A stretch of DNA of 50,346 nucleotides, taken from Octopus sinensis (taxonomy: Eukaryota). Made by a program: the position numbers and the translations under genes. The stretch lies in the NCBI RefSeq assembly GCF_006345805.1, contig NW_021834380.1, positions 1-50,346 on the forward strand, in the 5' to 3' direction. Within the stretch, counting starts at the first letter, position 1. Each line of letters begins with the position of its first letter. The notes below the pieces were generated by a model that searched no databases, had not been told where the DNA came from, and saw only the letters and a list, made by a program, of their open reading frames with translations. This document shows, piece by piece, positions 35,346-48,264 of the stretch.

Positions 35346-35562
35346 CGAACGGGTACTGAAAAATTCCCTGCTTTAAGGGTGTCACGAAAGGCCTGGCTGA
35401 AAGGTCTGCCTTTCCAGTTCTTTTACAGGGCTGAGAACAACTGAAGGGCCGGTGCAATAAGTGTATGAATGTGAGAGGGGAATACGCTGAATAAAATCAT
35501 AATTAACCGATCCTCCTGTATTTTCTTTTACCCACAGCCAGGAACGTTTCAGTACCCTATCG
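35346..35562 (+). mobile_element. mariner-derived MITE
   Basis: inverted ends GGGTACTGAAA..TTCC / GGAA..TTTCAGTACCC; internal RCNKCMNVRGEYAE* mariner tail. Confidence 0.8.
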
Positions 35563-36046
35563 TATGTATACAGCAATTTGGAAGAACATAAAGCAACCGA
35601 CCGAGCTGTAATTTAAAATGAGCACCGCAAGTTGGACCAATATAAAAACAATTTGGGATGCAACTAATCTTCCCTTTGAGAATAGAATCATTTTTACAGG
35701 TACATTTCCTCAATACTTTATAAATATCAACTTGATTTTTTTTTTTATATATCATTCATATTTAGTTCTAAATCAGCCCTACTTCCTCAGACCTTTAATC
35801 TAACCATTACAGTTTTCAGCCACCGAAACTCGGTATTCATCCACAACACGGTCAGCAGCTGACTCAGCATGCTTAAAACTATCTCTGTCGCAGATAAATC
35901 ACGTCTCATAATGACGTATGGAGAAGACCTGCGTGTAGCACACTTTCTGGACATAAAGAGAATAGTTTAATGTGATTTTTTTGTGATCTACGAATACATT
36001 TTTTTGTAATTTATTTTGCAGATACCCATAAATTGAAGAACGACTA

Positions 36047-36115
36047 GCGGACCGGATTCTAAGGCTTCGTGGGTCGGATCTGGTCTGCGGGCCGGACATT
36101 CGGTAGCACTGATCT
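36047..36115 (+). mobile_element. hAT (Charlie-like) terminal fragment
   Basis: GGTCGGATCTGGTCTGCGGGCCGGACATT...CACTG resembles the hAT subterminal GGCCCGCGGGCCG pattern. Confidence 0.4.
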
Positions 36116-36937
36116 AATGTATTCCACTCATGATAATCTGCTCTATTACATTTCAAATAAAGTGTATCTAGGACTATATTCTCTAATGTAATCCCTTCTA
36201 TGATATAGTTATAGGATGTGATTTGAAAGTCATTTAGTTGGTGTTTCTAGCATGTAAACGAATTACTAATAATTCCCTCGTCAGTCGTGACTAATGTCAG
36301 GCTTAATGTCTATTTAACAATTCATTAAAACTCACTTCAACGTTTCATTTCATTTCGATTATATTTTTATATTGATACAAGTTAATCAAAGGGGGCTCAA
36401 ATCGACCCAAAATGTCACTCATTCATTAATTTCAATTAACATTTAATTAATAAAGAAACCATCAACAACACATTGATTGTTTAAACAATTAACTCTATCT
36501 CTGATCCATCATTTCCATCGGCAAAATCATCTAATTGCGATAAAAACACGAAGGAGAAATAAAAATATTTAAAAACAAAGCAAAAAAAGAGCCCAAATAT
36601 AATTTACACGATGATTTGTAAAGAATAAATTCTTGAAGACGTAGTAAAAAGATTGAAGAGTTACGCCATTTTATTTTTTTAACTGATAACAAATTTTAAT
36701 TTCATCCTCAGGTTATGTGAGAAAACATTGAAATACTCAGCGTTTTCTTTCAAATTTCCCCTTTGAGAAAATAAAATGGAAACAAAAATATATGTAGGAA
36801 AAAAATTGTGCAAATTGTTGGACATCTAATTTTTTAAGGGAACTAGATTTCGGTGACCTAATAGGGGTCTCTCAAAATTCTTGTAAACGATAACCCATTG
36901 TGTGTGTGTGTGTATTATATGTATATATAATCTTCAC

Positions 36938-37055
36938 AACGACCTCGAACCCACAAGAGTAAACAAGAGAGACAGAGACAGGCAGAAACAAAGAAAAACT
37001 CCACTTGTATTTGAACACTATGCAAACATTCTTTTAAAAAACTTTTCTTTTAATT
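36938..37055 (+). repeat. dispersed repeat, copy 2 (partner at 2826-2940)
   Basis: about 80% identity by eye. Confidence 0.75.
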
Positions 37056-37170
37056 TTTCTAAATTTAATTATTTAATTGTTACAGTTGAAAATGCCCCGA
37101 TGATTGAAACCGGTACTGAAATGTTTTTTATAAAATTATTTTAGCATTTTCTATCTTGACTTTTTTTTTC

Positions 37171-37219
<49 letters not shown>

Positions 37220-37735
37220 ACACACGCACACAAACCTACTTAGGAGGCACGCGTTCATAGCAAATTTAACTAGTTCTCCGTAGATTTCTCCTGATCGATT
37301 TTTAAGCTTTATCGGGTTCAGCTCAGAGGTTTTATCATTTGATCAATACCAGAAAAATAAGTTGCCTATCTGTTCGTATGCACAGCAAATCGAATAACTT
37401 CAGAGAACTGGAGCTACTGACTTTCAGGCTATAAGTATTTAACATTTAATGCTATAGCAGAGGCCTGACAACAGGAATTTCTGTCCACATGTAGAAAGAA
37501 ACCTTCATGTTACATATAGTAGTGTCAAACGCACTCGATATAATCTATATAGAGTTAATTTATAGAAGCTTACAGCTACAAAACCTCTGCAAATGTTTGA
37601 TACTATAAGGCTCAATATACTCAACTATTAAGTTCAATCAGGTCGCATATCTATAATCAGACAACGTGTGCGTGTTGAGGGGTGGGTTGTCATAACACCT
37701 GTATATACAAGATAACTTAAGTTTTATCTTTTACA

Positions 37736-38487
37736 TTTTACTCGTTTCAGTCACTAGGCTACGCCCATGGTGGGGCACCGCTTTGAAAAATTCTTAGTCG
37801 AACGAATCGACCATAATACTTATGTTTTAAAAATCTGGTACATATTCTCTACCTTACTCGTTTATTTATTTCAGTCATTTGACTGCGGCCATGCTGGAGC
37901 ACCGCCTTTAGTCGAGCAGATCGACCCCAGACTTGTAAGCCTAGTACTTCTTCTAGCGGTCTCTTTTGCCGAACCGTTAAGTTATGGGGACGTAAAGACA
38001 CCAGCATCGGTTGTAAAGCGATGTTGGGGCCACCAACACACACACACACATATATATTATATATATATATACGACAGGCTTCTTTCAGTTTCCGTCTACC
38101 AAATCCACTCACAAGGCTTTGGTCAGCTCAAGGCTATAGTAGAAGACACTTGCCCAAGGTGCCATGCAGTGGGACTGAACCCGGAACCATGTGGTTAGTA
38201 AGCAAGCTACTTACCACACAGCCACTCCTGCAACTATCGAATTCTTTTGCCGAACTACTAAGTTACGGAGACGTAAACACACCAACACTGGTTGTGAAGC
38301 AGACGTGGGGACTAGCACAGACGCAAATACACACACATATACGACGGGGTTCTTTCAATTTCCGCCTACCAAATAATTAATAAGGGTTTGGCCGGTCAGA
38401 CGCTATATATTAAAAGCCACTAGCCCATCGTGCTATGGAGTGGGATCGAGCTTGAAACCATGTGGTTGGGAAGCAAGCTTCTTACCA
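37736..38487 (-). mobile_element. nested SINE A within an older SINE A
   Basis: younger copy at about 37861-38232 splits an older copy (37736-37860 and 38233-38487). Confidence 0.8.
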
Positions 38488-38533
38488 ATTGTTTTGATTG
38501 TTTAAGTTTTCTATAATCGTTTATTTAGGGAAC

Positions 38534-38926
38534 TGTGGAGGCGCAATGGCCCAGTGGTTAGGGCAGCGGACTCGCGGTCATAGGATCGCGGATTCGATTC
38601 CCAGACCGGGCGTTGTGAGTGTTTATTGAGCGTAAACACCTAAAAACTCCACGAGGCTCCGGCAAGGGATGGTGCTGATCCCTGCTGTACTCTTTCACCA
38701 CAACTTTCTCTCACTCTTACTTCCTGTTTCTGTTGTACCTGTATTTCAAAGGGCCGGTCTTGTCACTCTCTGTGTCACGCTGAATATCCCCGAGAACTAC
38801 GTTAAGGGTACACGTGTCTGTGGAGTGCTCAGCCACTTACACGTTAATTTCACGAGCAGGCTGTTCCGTTGATTCGGATCAACCGGAACCCTCATCGTCG
38901 TAACCGACGGAGTGCTTCCACCACAC
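38534..38926 (+). mobile_element. young SINE family C with 11-bp TSD
   Basis: perfect TSD ATTTAGGGAAC at 38523-38533 and 38927-38937. Confidence 0.95.
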
Positions 38927-39070
38927 ATTTAGGGAACATGATGATCGTGGCGAAATGCGGAAATCAACCATTTTTCTCTGTCTTGTATTCGGCGTCTCTA
39001 AACACAAACAGCACATAAACTGGAAAATACTTTTTTAATATGTATTCGAGGTTGAAGATTATAATCATAA

Positions 39071-39170
39071 TGTAGTATAAAGTTTTTCACTCAAATAGCA
39101 TCGATTTCTTTTGTGTAGACACAAGACAAGTCTGTTTACAAATCATTAATAGTAATATATCATCGGTAAA
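39071..39170 (+). repeat. 100-bp direct repeat left of the Helitron
   Basis: 98/100 identical to 39554-39653. Confidence 0.95.
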
Positions 39171-39553
39171 TCTTTATATATAAAACTGTGGTTGTGTGAG
39201 TGTCTGTCCCCTTCGATTTAGATTCCTAACTACTCCCACATTTTGCGGTGCAGTTTAACCAAAACCGGGTATTTTATAGTCGTGATTCATATCGAGCCCT
39301 TCTGGGTATTAGCGCGCGTCTACGATGAGTCTACGATTTTAAAAATAATTTACCATCATTTTTTTCCATTTTCATGCAGTTTTGTTAAAGGGAAGTAACT
39401 CTCTAAAAATGTCTACGATGAGTCAACGATTTAAAAAAAATTTACCATCATTTTTTCCCCTTTTTAATGCATTTTTTTTTGCTATAACTCTCTAAAAATG
39501 CTTATATAGTTATTTCCCTTACAAACCCGAGCAACGCCGGGCGATACTGCTAG
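39171..39553 (+). mobile_element. non-autonomous Helitron
   Basis: 5' A|TCTTTATATATAAAA; 3' hairpin CCCG(AGCAACGC)CGGG then CTAG|T; internal ~90-bp tandem duplication. Confidence 0.85.
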
Positions 39554-39653
39554 TGTAGTATAAAGTTTTTCACTCAAATAGCATCGATTTCTTCTTTGTA
39601 GACACAAGACAAGTCTGTTTACAAATCATTAATAGTAATATATCATCGGTAAA
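39554..39653 (+). repeat. 100-bp direct repeat right of the Helitron
   Basis: 98/100 identical to 39071-39170. Confidence 0.95.
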
Positions 39654-40017
39654 TATATTATGAATCATGTAGGTAAAGAGGAAAAAATAGAAACATAAAG
39701 AGAGGGGGATGTGAACCAGGGAAATGAAGAGATGGAGAAATGAAATCTGGTAGAGAGAAAGAGAGAGAGAAAGAGCAAAGCTGGGAATAAATCTTGATAA
39801 AACCATTGTGTGTTATTTTTACAGTAAAAATATCGAATCGATTCATACTAGGATCGATAAATGATTGAACTCTCATTTGATTTCATATAAAGAAAGAAGA
39901 AAAAAACACTGGTATAGGTTCGTCAATATATTTCGTTTTTGATATTAGCTGTATATTAATTATTTCAGTGAAAATTGGTAATGAATTATCGAATAATAAT
40001 AATAATAATGATACAAC

Positions 40018-40290
40018 CCTCTTAAGTACGAAATAATGCGGCTATGGAAAATGAAGGTGAAGACAGTGTCAATTGCTGCCGGGTCCAGAAGGCCCCAGGG
40101 GGAATATAAAAGAAATTGGGACAGAGTGCCCAGTAGAACTGTTACAAGATGTTTGTCTCCTTGGTACGGTCAGAATAATCAGGAAAGTATTTGATAGCTG
40201 AAAAGAACGACTAGCATGATACCGTAAGCTATAAGTAGTAAGCCCGCTATGCATGCAAGACCCCAGGAGGACCAACAAAACCTGTGATAA
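40018..40290 (+). mobile_element. R4/Dong LINE 3' end
   Basis: LKYEIMRLWKMKVKTVSI.../IKEIGTECPVELLQDVCLLGTVRIIRKVFDS*, then 3' UTR and (GAT)n to about 40500; (AAT)n upstream. Confidence 0.75.
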
Positions 40291-40939
40291 AGAGATGATG
40301 ATGATGATGATGATAATGAGGACGATTATAATTGTTGTAGATTATGATGGTAACGACGGCGATGAAGGGTACGATGACGATGATGACGATGATGATCATG
40401 AATGGTGGTGAAAATGAGGATGACGCCGAAGACCACAACCAACGATGATGATTATCAAGGTGATGGTGATGCTGCTTCTTATGATAGTGACGATGACGAT
40501 CAAGATTTAGAGAGAAATACTAAAAAAAGGCGAAATATAAAACAAAACAAAAAAAAAAACATGAAATCAAAAAGCAAACTTCTGAATGATTAATCCAGTT
40601 TGTGTGTTTTATTAATACTTTGGTAGGAAATTTTATTTAAAGATAAAAATAGAAAAAAACTACACAAATATAGCTAAATGTTTCTTTCTTTTTTTTCAAA
40701 TTGAATTTGTTATTAAGTGAGATGAAAGAACCACATTTTTTCAATTTTATTTTTGAAAGAAATCCTCTTTTGATAACACGAAAATAGTGCGATAATCTCT
40801 TTTAGTTTTCGGTGTATAATGATTTCTATGATAGGCACCAGGATATAATTTCGGCATAACTCAACTATAACTAGCAATTACTTTATCAGCAGAAGTAGAA
40901 TGAAAGCAAAATTTCGGATCAACTTGAACTCAAAATATT

Positions 40940-41450
40940 AAAATTGACATCGCAAGGAATTTTGTACGGAATGTTGAATTTGGTTCCAGTGCTTATCTTC
41001 ACCTATGATCATGAATATTGGGTAATAAGCGAAAGAATACTATCGCGAATACAAATGGATGAAACAGGCTTCCTTTGTAGGATGTGTTTGTGTCGAGTAA
41101 CGGTATTCGACAGTGTGCGTAGCTCGGAGACCAGGGAGTCTCTCTAGATCGAGTCGCTACAAATACACATTGAGAGGTCACAGCTCCGGTGCTAAGGATA
41201 TGTGATTAAAATGTTGCAGGAATGAATTGCCAGGTGGATTCTTCAAGCCGAACTAATCGGAAGGTGGCCTTGGGGAAGATCAAGAATGAGATGGCTGGAT
41301 AATATCTATAATCGCAGTTGGTCGTGCTTGGGAATCGAACAGGAAAGAGAAATGACAACTGTTTCTGATAGGACCCGATGGTGGAGGTGTCTGAGGGCTC
41401 TACCCACCACGACCCTCCTAGGAACAGTGGACAGAGACGTGGAGTGGATA
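40940..41450 (+). mobile_element. RTE LINE 3' relic (second family)
   Basis: TYDHEYWVISERILSRIQ...DSVRSSETRESL*IESLQIHIERSQLR...GRWPWGRSRMRWLDNI. Confidence 0.8.
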
Positions 41451-41825
41451 GATGGACTAAACTAGGAAATCTGTACATCCATCGCACAAATTTGATAACC
41501 AGTTGATGACGTATGATTTCACGTACTGTATCAGACCGTTTATTCCCACCCACTGCTTGCAATATATCGCCCTGCTCTTTATATTCTGAATTCCAAAACC
41601 TTTGCTCTTCATCCCTCAAGGGCAGATATAAATAAAGTACCACATAGGTTCTGGGGCAGATGGTTTCAATTAACCCCAATTCCTTAAACTAACGAGTGCC
41701 TAAATCAGAGCCATCATTACTGATATTAAGTCAGCGTGCTGACAGAAATGCTCATTCTCGGATAAAAAAAACAAAAAAAAAAAAAAAAAACAAAACATTT
41801 TGTAAGGTTTCTTCCATCTTTAACA

Positions 41826-42231
41826 TGGCTGTGTGGTAAGTAGCTTGCTTACCAACCATATGGTTCCCGGTTCATTCCCGCTGCGGGGCACCTTGGGCAA
41901 GTGTCTTCTATTATAGCTTCGGACCGACCAAAGCCTGTGAGTGGATTTGGTAGACGGAAACTGAAAGAAGCCCGTTGTGTATATGTATATTTATATATGT
42001 ATGTGTGTGTGTGTATATGTTTGTGTATCAGTGTTTGTCCCCCCCAACATCGCTTGACAACAAATGGTGGTGTTTTTACGTCCCCTGTGACTCAGTGGTT
42101 CGGCAAAAGAAACTGTAGAACAAGTAGTAGGCTTACAAAGAATAAGTCATGCGGTCGATTTTCTCGACTAAAGGCGGTGCTCCAGCATGGCCGCTGTCAA
42201 ATGACTGAAATAAGTAAAAGAGTAAAAGAGT
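41826..42231 (+). mobile_element. SINE family A
   Basis: head, internal (TA)(TG)n and (TAAAAGAG)n tail. Confidence 0.9.
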
Positions 42232-43004
42232 ATTGAGATCAGATTCCAGCTAGATTAAGTTTGTCTCATCCTTCCAGAGTCGATAATGTCTAATAGCACT
42301 TTTGTACTGGGGATCAAATTAATCGACTAAAGTCTTCCCCTTCAAAGGTTTAACTTTCTGCCTTACATTAGCGACACTTATTACTGTAACTAAAAATTAG
42401 TATAATGGCAATTTGCATTGAGATTTTACAAAATGTCTCGTGATTTTTGTCCAAGCATTGTAGGTTGCGAATTCTATTTTTGCTGACGTCAACATTCTCA
42501 TTTGTCTTCTACGGGTTTATAAAATAAAATGCTTGTCAAGTAACAGACTCGAATTATTTGATTGTCCACCTTCTCGCCAAATATTTGACCTTGTGCTTAT
42601 GTTAGTAATTATTAATTTTAATTAATGTATTTCTAACGATTTTATCCTTAGATCTTAATATCTATTGTTTGTTTCATTAGTTTTCTATGATAACACATCA
42701 TGAAAACATCAAACACGTTCTTTAAACACGAATTTGATTATCAATTAAAGTGGAAAATCCTATGGCTTCCTAAATGACAAAACAACAATAACAACGTCTT
42801 CAACAGCAACTTTAATTGTTAAGGAATGATTTACATTTCAACGAAAACAACCACCACCACAAATATATTTATTATTATATACATACATATATGTGTATAT
42901 ATAATGTATGCCATATTTATATATAAGGGTATATAATCATCGGTATGCTGCATATGATGTAAGATATATATATCTTTATGTTGCTATAACAATATTATCA
43001 ATAA

Positions 43005-43362
43005 TAAGAAGGAGAAGAAGAAAAAGAAGAAAAAGGAGGAGGAGAAAGAAAAGGAGAAGGAAACGAAGAAGGAAACGAAGAAAGAAACGAAGATGGAGGA
43101 GGAGAAGGAGGAGGAGAAGGAGGAGAAGAAGGAGGAGAAGAAGGAGGAGAAGAAGGAGGAGAAGAAGGAGGAGAAGAAGGAGGAGAAGAAGGAGGAGAAG
43201 AAGGAGGAGAAGAAGGAGGAGAAGAAGGAGGAGAAGAAGGAGGAGAAGAAGGAGGATGAGTAGAAGGAGGAGAAGAAGGAGCAGGAGGAGCAGAAGAAGG
43301 AGCAGGAGGAGCAGAAGGAGCAGGAGAAGAAGGAGCAGAAGAAGAAGGAGCAGGAGAAGAAT
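43005..43362. repeat. (GGA/GAA)n polypurine microsatellite
   Basis: direct reading; source of the poly-R, poly-L and PPSS ORFs. Confidence 0.95.
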
Positions 43363-45840
43363 CAAACTGGAGGTAGAGAATATGAATGAAGCTAGAAAAG
43401 ACACGGGAAGAACTGCGGGCATTGAATAGTATAATGAGAGGAGAGCTGAAGAATAAGATAGCAATTAGAAAATTAAATGGGCAGAACAGATAGGAAGAAA
43501 GGTGAAAAACGATATATGAATAATTGACACAAAAGGTGACAGCATTAAAGGTTAAATTGAAAAGATACGATGCAAGATGCAATGGTTTCGAACAGAATAG
43601 ACTGTTCCAATCAAATAGAAGGCGTCTATTTGAGGAAATAGGGGGAGGCCAACACCAAGAAGGGATTCCAGATGCGGAAGAATTTTGGGGAAGGCTGTGG
43701 AACAGGCTGGCGAGATATAAAGCGTGGAGTGGCAAACACATGTGGGAAGACAGCTTGAAATTGTACCAAGACAAAAGGATGTCAGAATTAATCTATAGAC
43801 AGTGAGACAGAAATTAAAAAAAATAGCAAATTGGAAAGGACCAGGCCCGGATGGAGTATAAGGCTATTGACGGAAGAACTTTAAATAGTAGCATGAAAGG
43901 GTCACTGCGTAGCGGGATGACTGCCTGAAGCCCAAAGCAGTGTCACGTCCCTGCTTGAATGACATATGGACAAACGCAGCTACACCTCAAGGATCCCTTG
44001 AAAGGGATCTTGGTATCAAATTTTCGATCTATAACCTGTGTACCTATTTCTTTACTACCCACAAGGGGCTAAACACACAGGGGACAAACAAGGACAGACA
44101 AACGGATTAAGTCGATTATATTGACCCCAGTGCGTAACTGGTACTTTATTTATCGACCCCGAAAGGATGAAAGCAAAGTCGGCCTCGGCGGAATTTGAAC
44201 TCAGAACGTGGCGGCAGACGAAATACCGCAAAGCATTTCGTCCAGCGCGCTAACGTTTCTGCCAGCTCGCCGCCTTCGATCTATAACCTGTTTACCACTA
44301 ATGTTGAACTTTATGGCCGGTGTCATCTGGAAAGTAACAATTTACTTCCAGAAGAACAGAAAGGATGCAGGAAACAAAGTAGGGCAACAAACGATCAGTT
44401 ATTAGTTGATAAAATGATAATTAAAAGTTGTAGACGCAGATTGACGGGACTGAGTGCAGCATGGATAGATTACAAAAACGCATACGTCACGGTACCACAC
44501 AGTTGGATAAGTAAAGCAATGGGCGTGTTTGGAATAGCAGAAAACATGGAGAAAATGGAATACTGAAATTGATCGGAGGAAAACAAAAATTCGGAAAAGT
44601 GATCATCAGGTGTAGAATATTCCAAGGCGATAGCTTATCTCCGTTACTATTCGTATTGGCTCTCGTACCGCTCTCATACTACGAAAAGTTAAAATTGCTG
44701 ACGATTTGGGAAATGGAAATGGTCAGATAAATAATCTCCTTTTCATGGATGATATAAAAGGTTTATGCGTAAAATTAGATACAGCTTGCAAATCTTGTAT
44801 GTATTATTCGCATTTTCTCAAATGACGTAGGTATGGAATTTGGGATAGAAAAGTGCACTATCTTGAAAATGAAACGAAGAAGATTTGAAAGAAGCCGGGG
44901 AATTGAAATGCCGAATGGGCAAACAATGAGAACGTTGAGAAAAGACAATGATATATGTACTTGGGTATACTGGGAGCAGACGAGATAAAAAATAGTAAAT
45001 AAATGAAACAAATGACCAGTAGGGAGTATACAAGGAGAGTCTTAAAATTATTGCAGTCAAAACTGAATTAAAAAAAAAGCTTATTAAAGCAATAAATTCA
45101 AGAGCAGTACCCTTAATCAAATATGGAGTTGGAATTATAGACTGGACCAGAAACGATATATAGAAACTTGAGAGAATAATTCGGAAGCTGTTGAAGATGT
45201 ATGGAGCCTACCAACAAAAAGCTGATATCAACCGGCTGTACTTGAGGAGAGAGAAGGGTGAAAAAGGCTTAATAGCAGTAGAAGAATGTGTACAGATGGA
45301 AAAAAGTCTTGTAGAATAGAGAGCTGCACAGATAAACTAAAAACAGATAAAATAAAGAATTGGTGATGAAGCGCGTAATAGGAGAAAGACAAGAATGAAA
45401 TACAAAGTCAGATAGATCGAAGGGAAACCTCTGCATGGCCGAGTTTGGAGAGCCACTAACGACGTATGTGGAACAAAATCCTGGCTTTGATAAAAAAAAG
45501 GGGGCAATTAAAAAGAGAAACTGAGACCGATTGTAGCAGCCCAAGATCAAGCGATAAAAACAAACTTAAGAAAAAATATTTTTAGAGAGAATGTGTCAGA
45601 AAAATGTAGAGCCTGTGTAACTTGGAACGAGATAATGGCACACATTATGGAAGATTGCCCCTAGTTGGCACAGGAAGAATATAAAAAACGGAGACACGGC
45701 CAGGTTGTAAAAGTCATACACTGGAGACTGTGCCAGAAATGGGGATTTGAAGCTGGAAACACATGGCACCAATCATCAAACCGGAGGAATACTGGAGTCG
45801 AAGAAATGTAAGATTTTGTGAGATTTTCCAATTCCGATAT
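43363..45840 (+). mobile_element. decayed R4/Dong LINE (RT plus CCHC), split by a SINE
   Basis: QNRLF, SNFRSITCLP, EEQKGCR, WIDYK..Y..VPHSWI, IFQGDSLSPLLF, LLFMDDIK, MEFGIEKC, CRAC...HIMEDC, RRHG.V...HW; REL domain absent. Confidence 0.92.
44040..44274 (-). mobile_element. SINE family B with 17-bp TSD inside the LINE RT
   Basis: perfect TSD TTCGATCTATAACCTGT at 44023-44039 and 44275-44291. Confidence 0.95.
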
Positions 45841-46578
45841 CTAGAGGTCCTCAACTGTTTACCTGCCTACCTAAATAATCAGACATATAAAAGCAACCTC
45901 TACTGAAAGTCCAAAAATTATTGCATGTACTCTTAACAACGGTACCGGACCATCCTACCATTCAAGGTCAAATTCAAGCAAGATTAGTAGCACCTACAAT
46001 CTCGACCATAAACCAAATTCTAGCCATAAAGTGACAACAAAACTGATAGAAAATAAATTAAGGAAGTGTTTTAACAGTGTCACAGTCCCACGTCTAAAAT
46101 TATTAAAAGTGCGATTAAATAAAAGAATCAGTTAAAGGCGTTTTAGTGACTGTCATCTCACTTCGTAAAAATAAGTGTCGACCAGTTTTTAAGAAGTGAG
46201 TCTGGAGACATCGTCGAAAGAAAAGATTCTTGAAGCGGAAATACAATAAAACACCAATAAAACAATATTACACTGGAACAGAGCCGTGGTTTATTTTTAA
46301 TAACATATACACACATATACACATACATAGACAAATACACACATGTGTATAATGTTCACTCAAAAATAATCTTTTCTCTACTTCATACGATGAGAATATA
46401 CAAGAAAATAACCATGCAATGATATACACATCACACATACTATATATATATGTATATATATATATACTCTTATATAAGCGCATAAGTTTGCATACATACA
46501 TATGTATATATATATCGGTGGTATATATGTATATCTATATTTATTTATCTGTCCATCCATCTCTCCCCACCTCTCTCT

Positions 46579-46610
<32 letters not shown>

Positions 46611-47849
46611 CACGTTATATGCGTTCGTATATACATATATACGTATAAAGAGATAGATACATAAAACATTTCGCACGCACACGTATATGATTCGAAACGT
46701 GTATATAATACATTCACTATTACATAAGGTATATATAAAATATATACTACTTATACCTGCGAATACACACTCATCATATCTAATACGTATCTATATAATG
46801 TGTGTACGTTTGTAGCCGTAAAAATATAAATATATATAAATGTTTGTATTGAGACAGAGAGCGATACAAAGCCAGTTATATCGATGCTCATCTAGACTCA
46901 CTAATGCGGTTTTCTCTAAGCGTTCATGTATACTTTTACAGAGCTTTGTTTATGTAAGCAAAATAACATTGATACATATTTTTAAGTCTTGAATAAAGAG
47001 AAACACAAACACACCCACACATACTTACATTCCTGACAATATATATGTATGTATGTATCTATAAATATATTTGTTTGTATGTAGGTATGTATATGTACAC
47101 GACGTACACCGATGCATCATTACAATTGTAAATGATTGTAAACTAATAGGATTTCATAGATAAAAGAAATATTTAAAAATATTACGTTTATTATATTACG
47201 TCTATTTTGCATTGTGTTGTTTCGCTCTAAACTTAGCTACAACAGTCGACAGAAATACCTGAATAAAAAGCCTTTATTTTTGCGATGTATTTTATCAAAG
47301 TCTAAACAGTAATGATAGCATAATATGAAAAAGGAAAGTGAAAAACTATAAAACCGTTCTAAAGCCGTGTTCTATTGTTAGTCTCATTGTTAGCAGCTTA
47401 ACAGAATTCAAGAGCCATCAGGGAGAAACGGAATTAAAGATGGCAGCTAGGTAGGATATCGTGTCTCTAAGGAGTTGAATAAAACCCCATTTCGGACAGA
47501 CAAATCAACGGAGAAATTATTTACAAAGGAAGCAGTCATTAACTATGTAACATTGAATAAATCAATAATATAGAGTTGTGTGTGCGCATGTGTGTATGTG
47601 TGGGTCTGCTAAACTGTATGTATATAGACATTCCCGTAAGTATTAAGGCAGAAGTATATTCCACACACACGCACATACTTATACAAACACATACATGCAT
47701 ATGTATTTATACCTATCTATCTATCTATATATGTATATACATCTATCTATATATGTATATATATATGTATTTATATCTATCTAACTATATATATAAGTAT
47801 TAATTATAAAAATATGGTAAAGTAAAAAAAATTCACTTTACCACTATTT

Positions 47850-47896
47850 GTTGTGTGTATATATATATATCTATGTGTCTGTATGTATATATATAT

Positions 47897-47965
<69 letters not shown>

Positions 47966-47968
47966 TAT

Positions 47969-48020
<52 letters not shown>

Positions 48021-48228
48021 ATGTGTCTGTATGTTATATATATAATATATATATATATTATATATATATATATATATATCAGTGTCTGTATGTATATATA
48101 TTATATATATATATAATATATATATATTATATATATCTATGGTCTGTATGTATATATTATATATATATATCTATTATATATATGATATATATATATATAT
48201 ATAATATATATCTATGTGTCTGTATGTA

Positions 48229-48264
<36 letters not shown>

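Noticed and set aside
34924-35457. Thr/Ala mucin-like, poly-Val and poly-Ser ORFs
   Set aside because: Translation of (ACT/GCT)n.
42908-43774. Poly-Arg protamine-like, poly-Leu and PPSS extensin-like ORFs
   Set aside because: All are frames of one (GGA/GAA)n microsatellite abutting a LINE.
47404-47450. Possible micro-exon with AG|GTAGGA donor
   Set aside because: Weak acceptor and unrecognised peptide; expected by chance.
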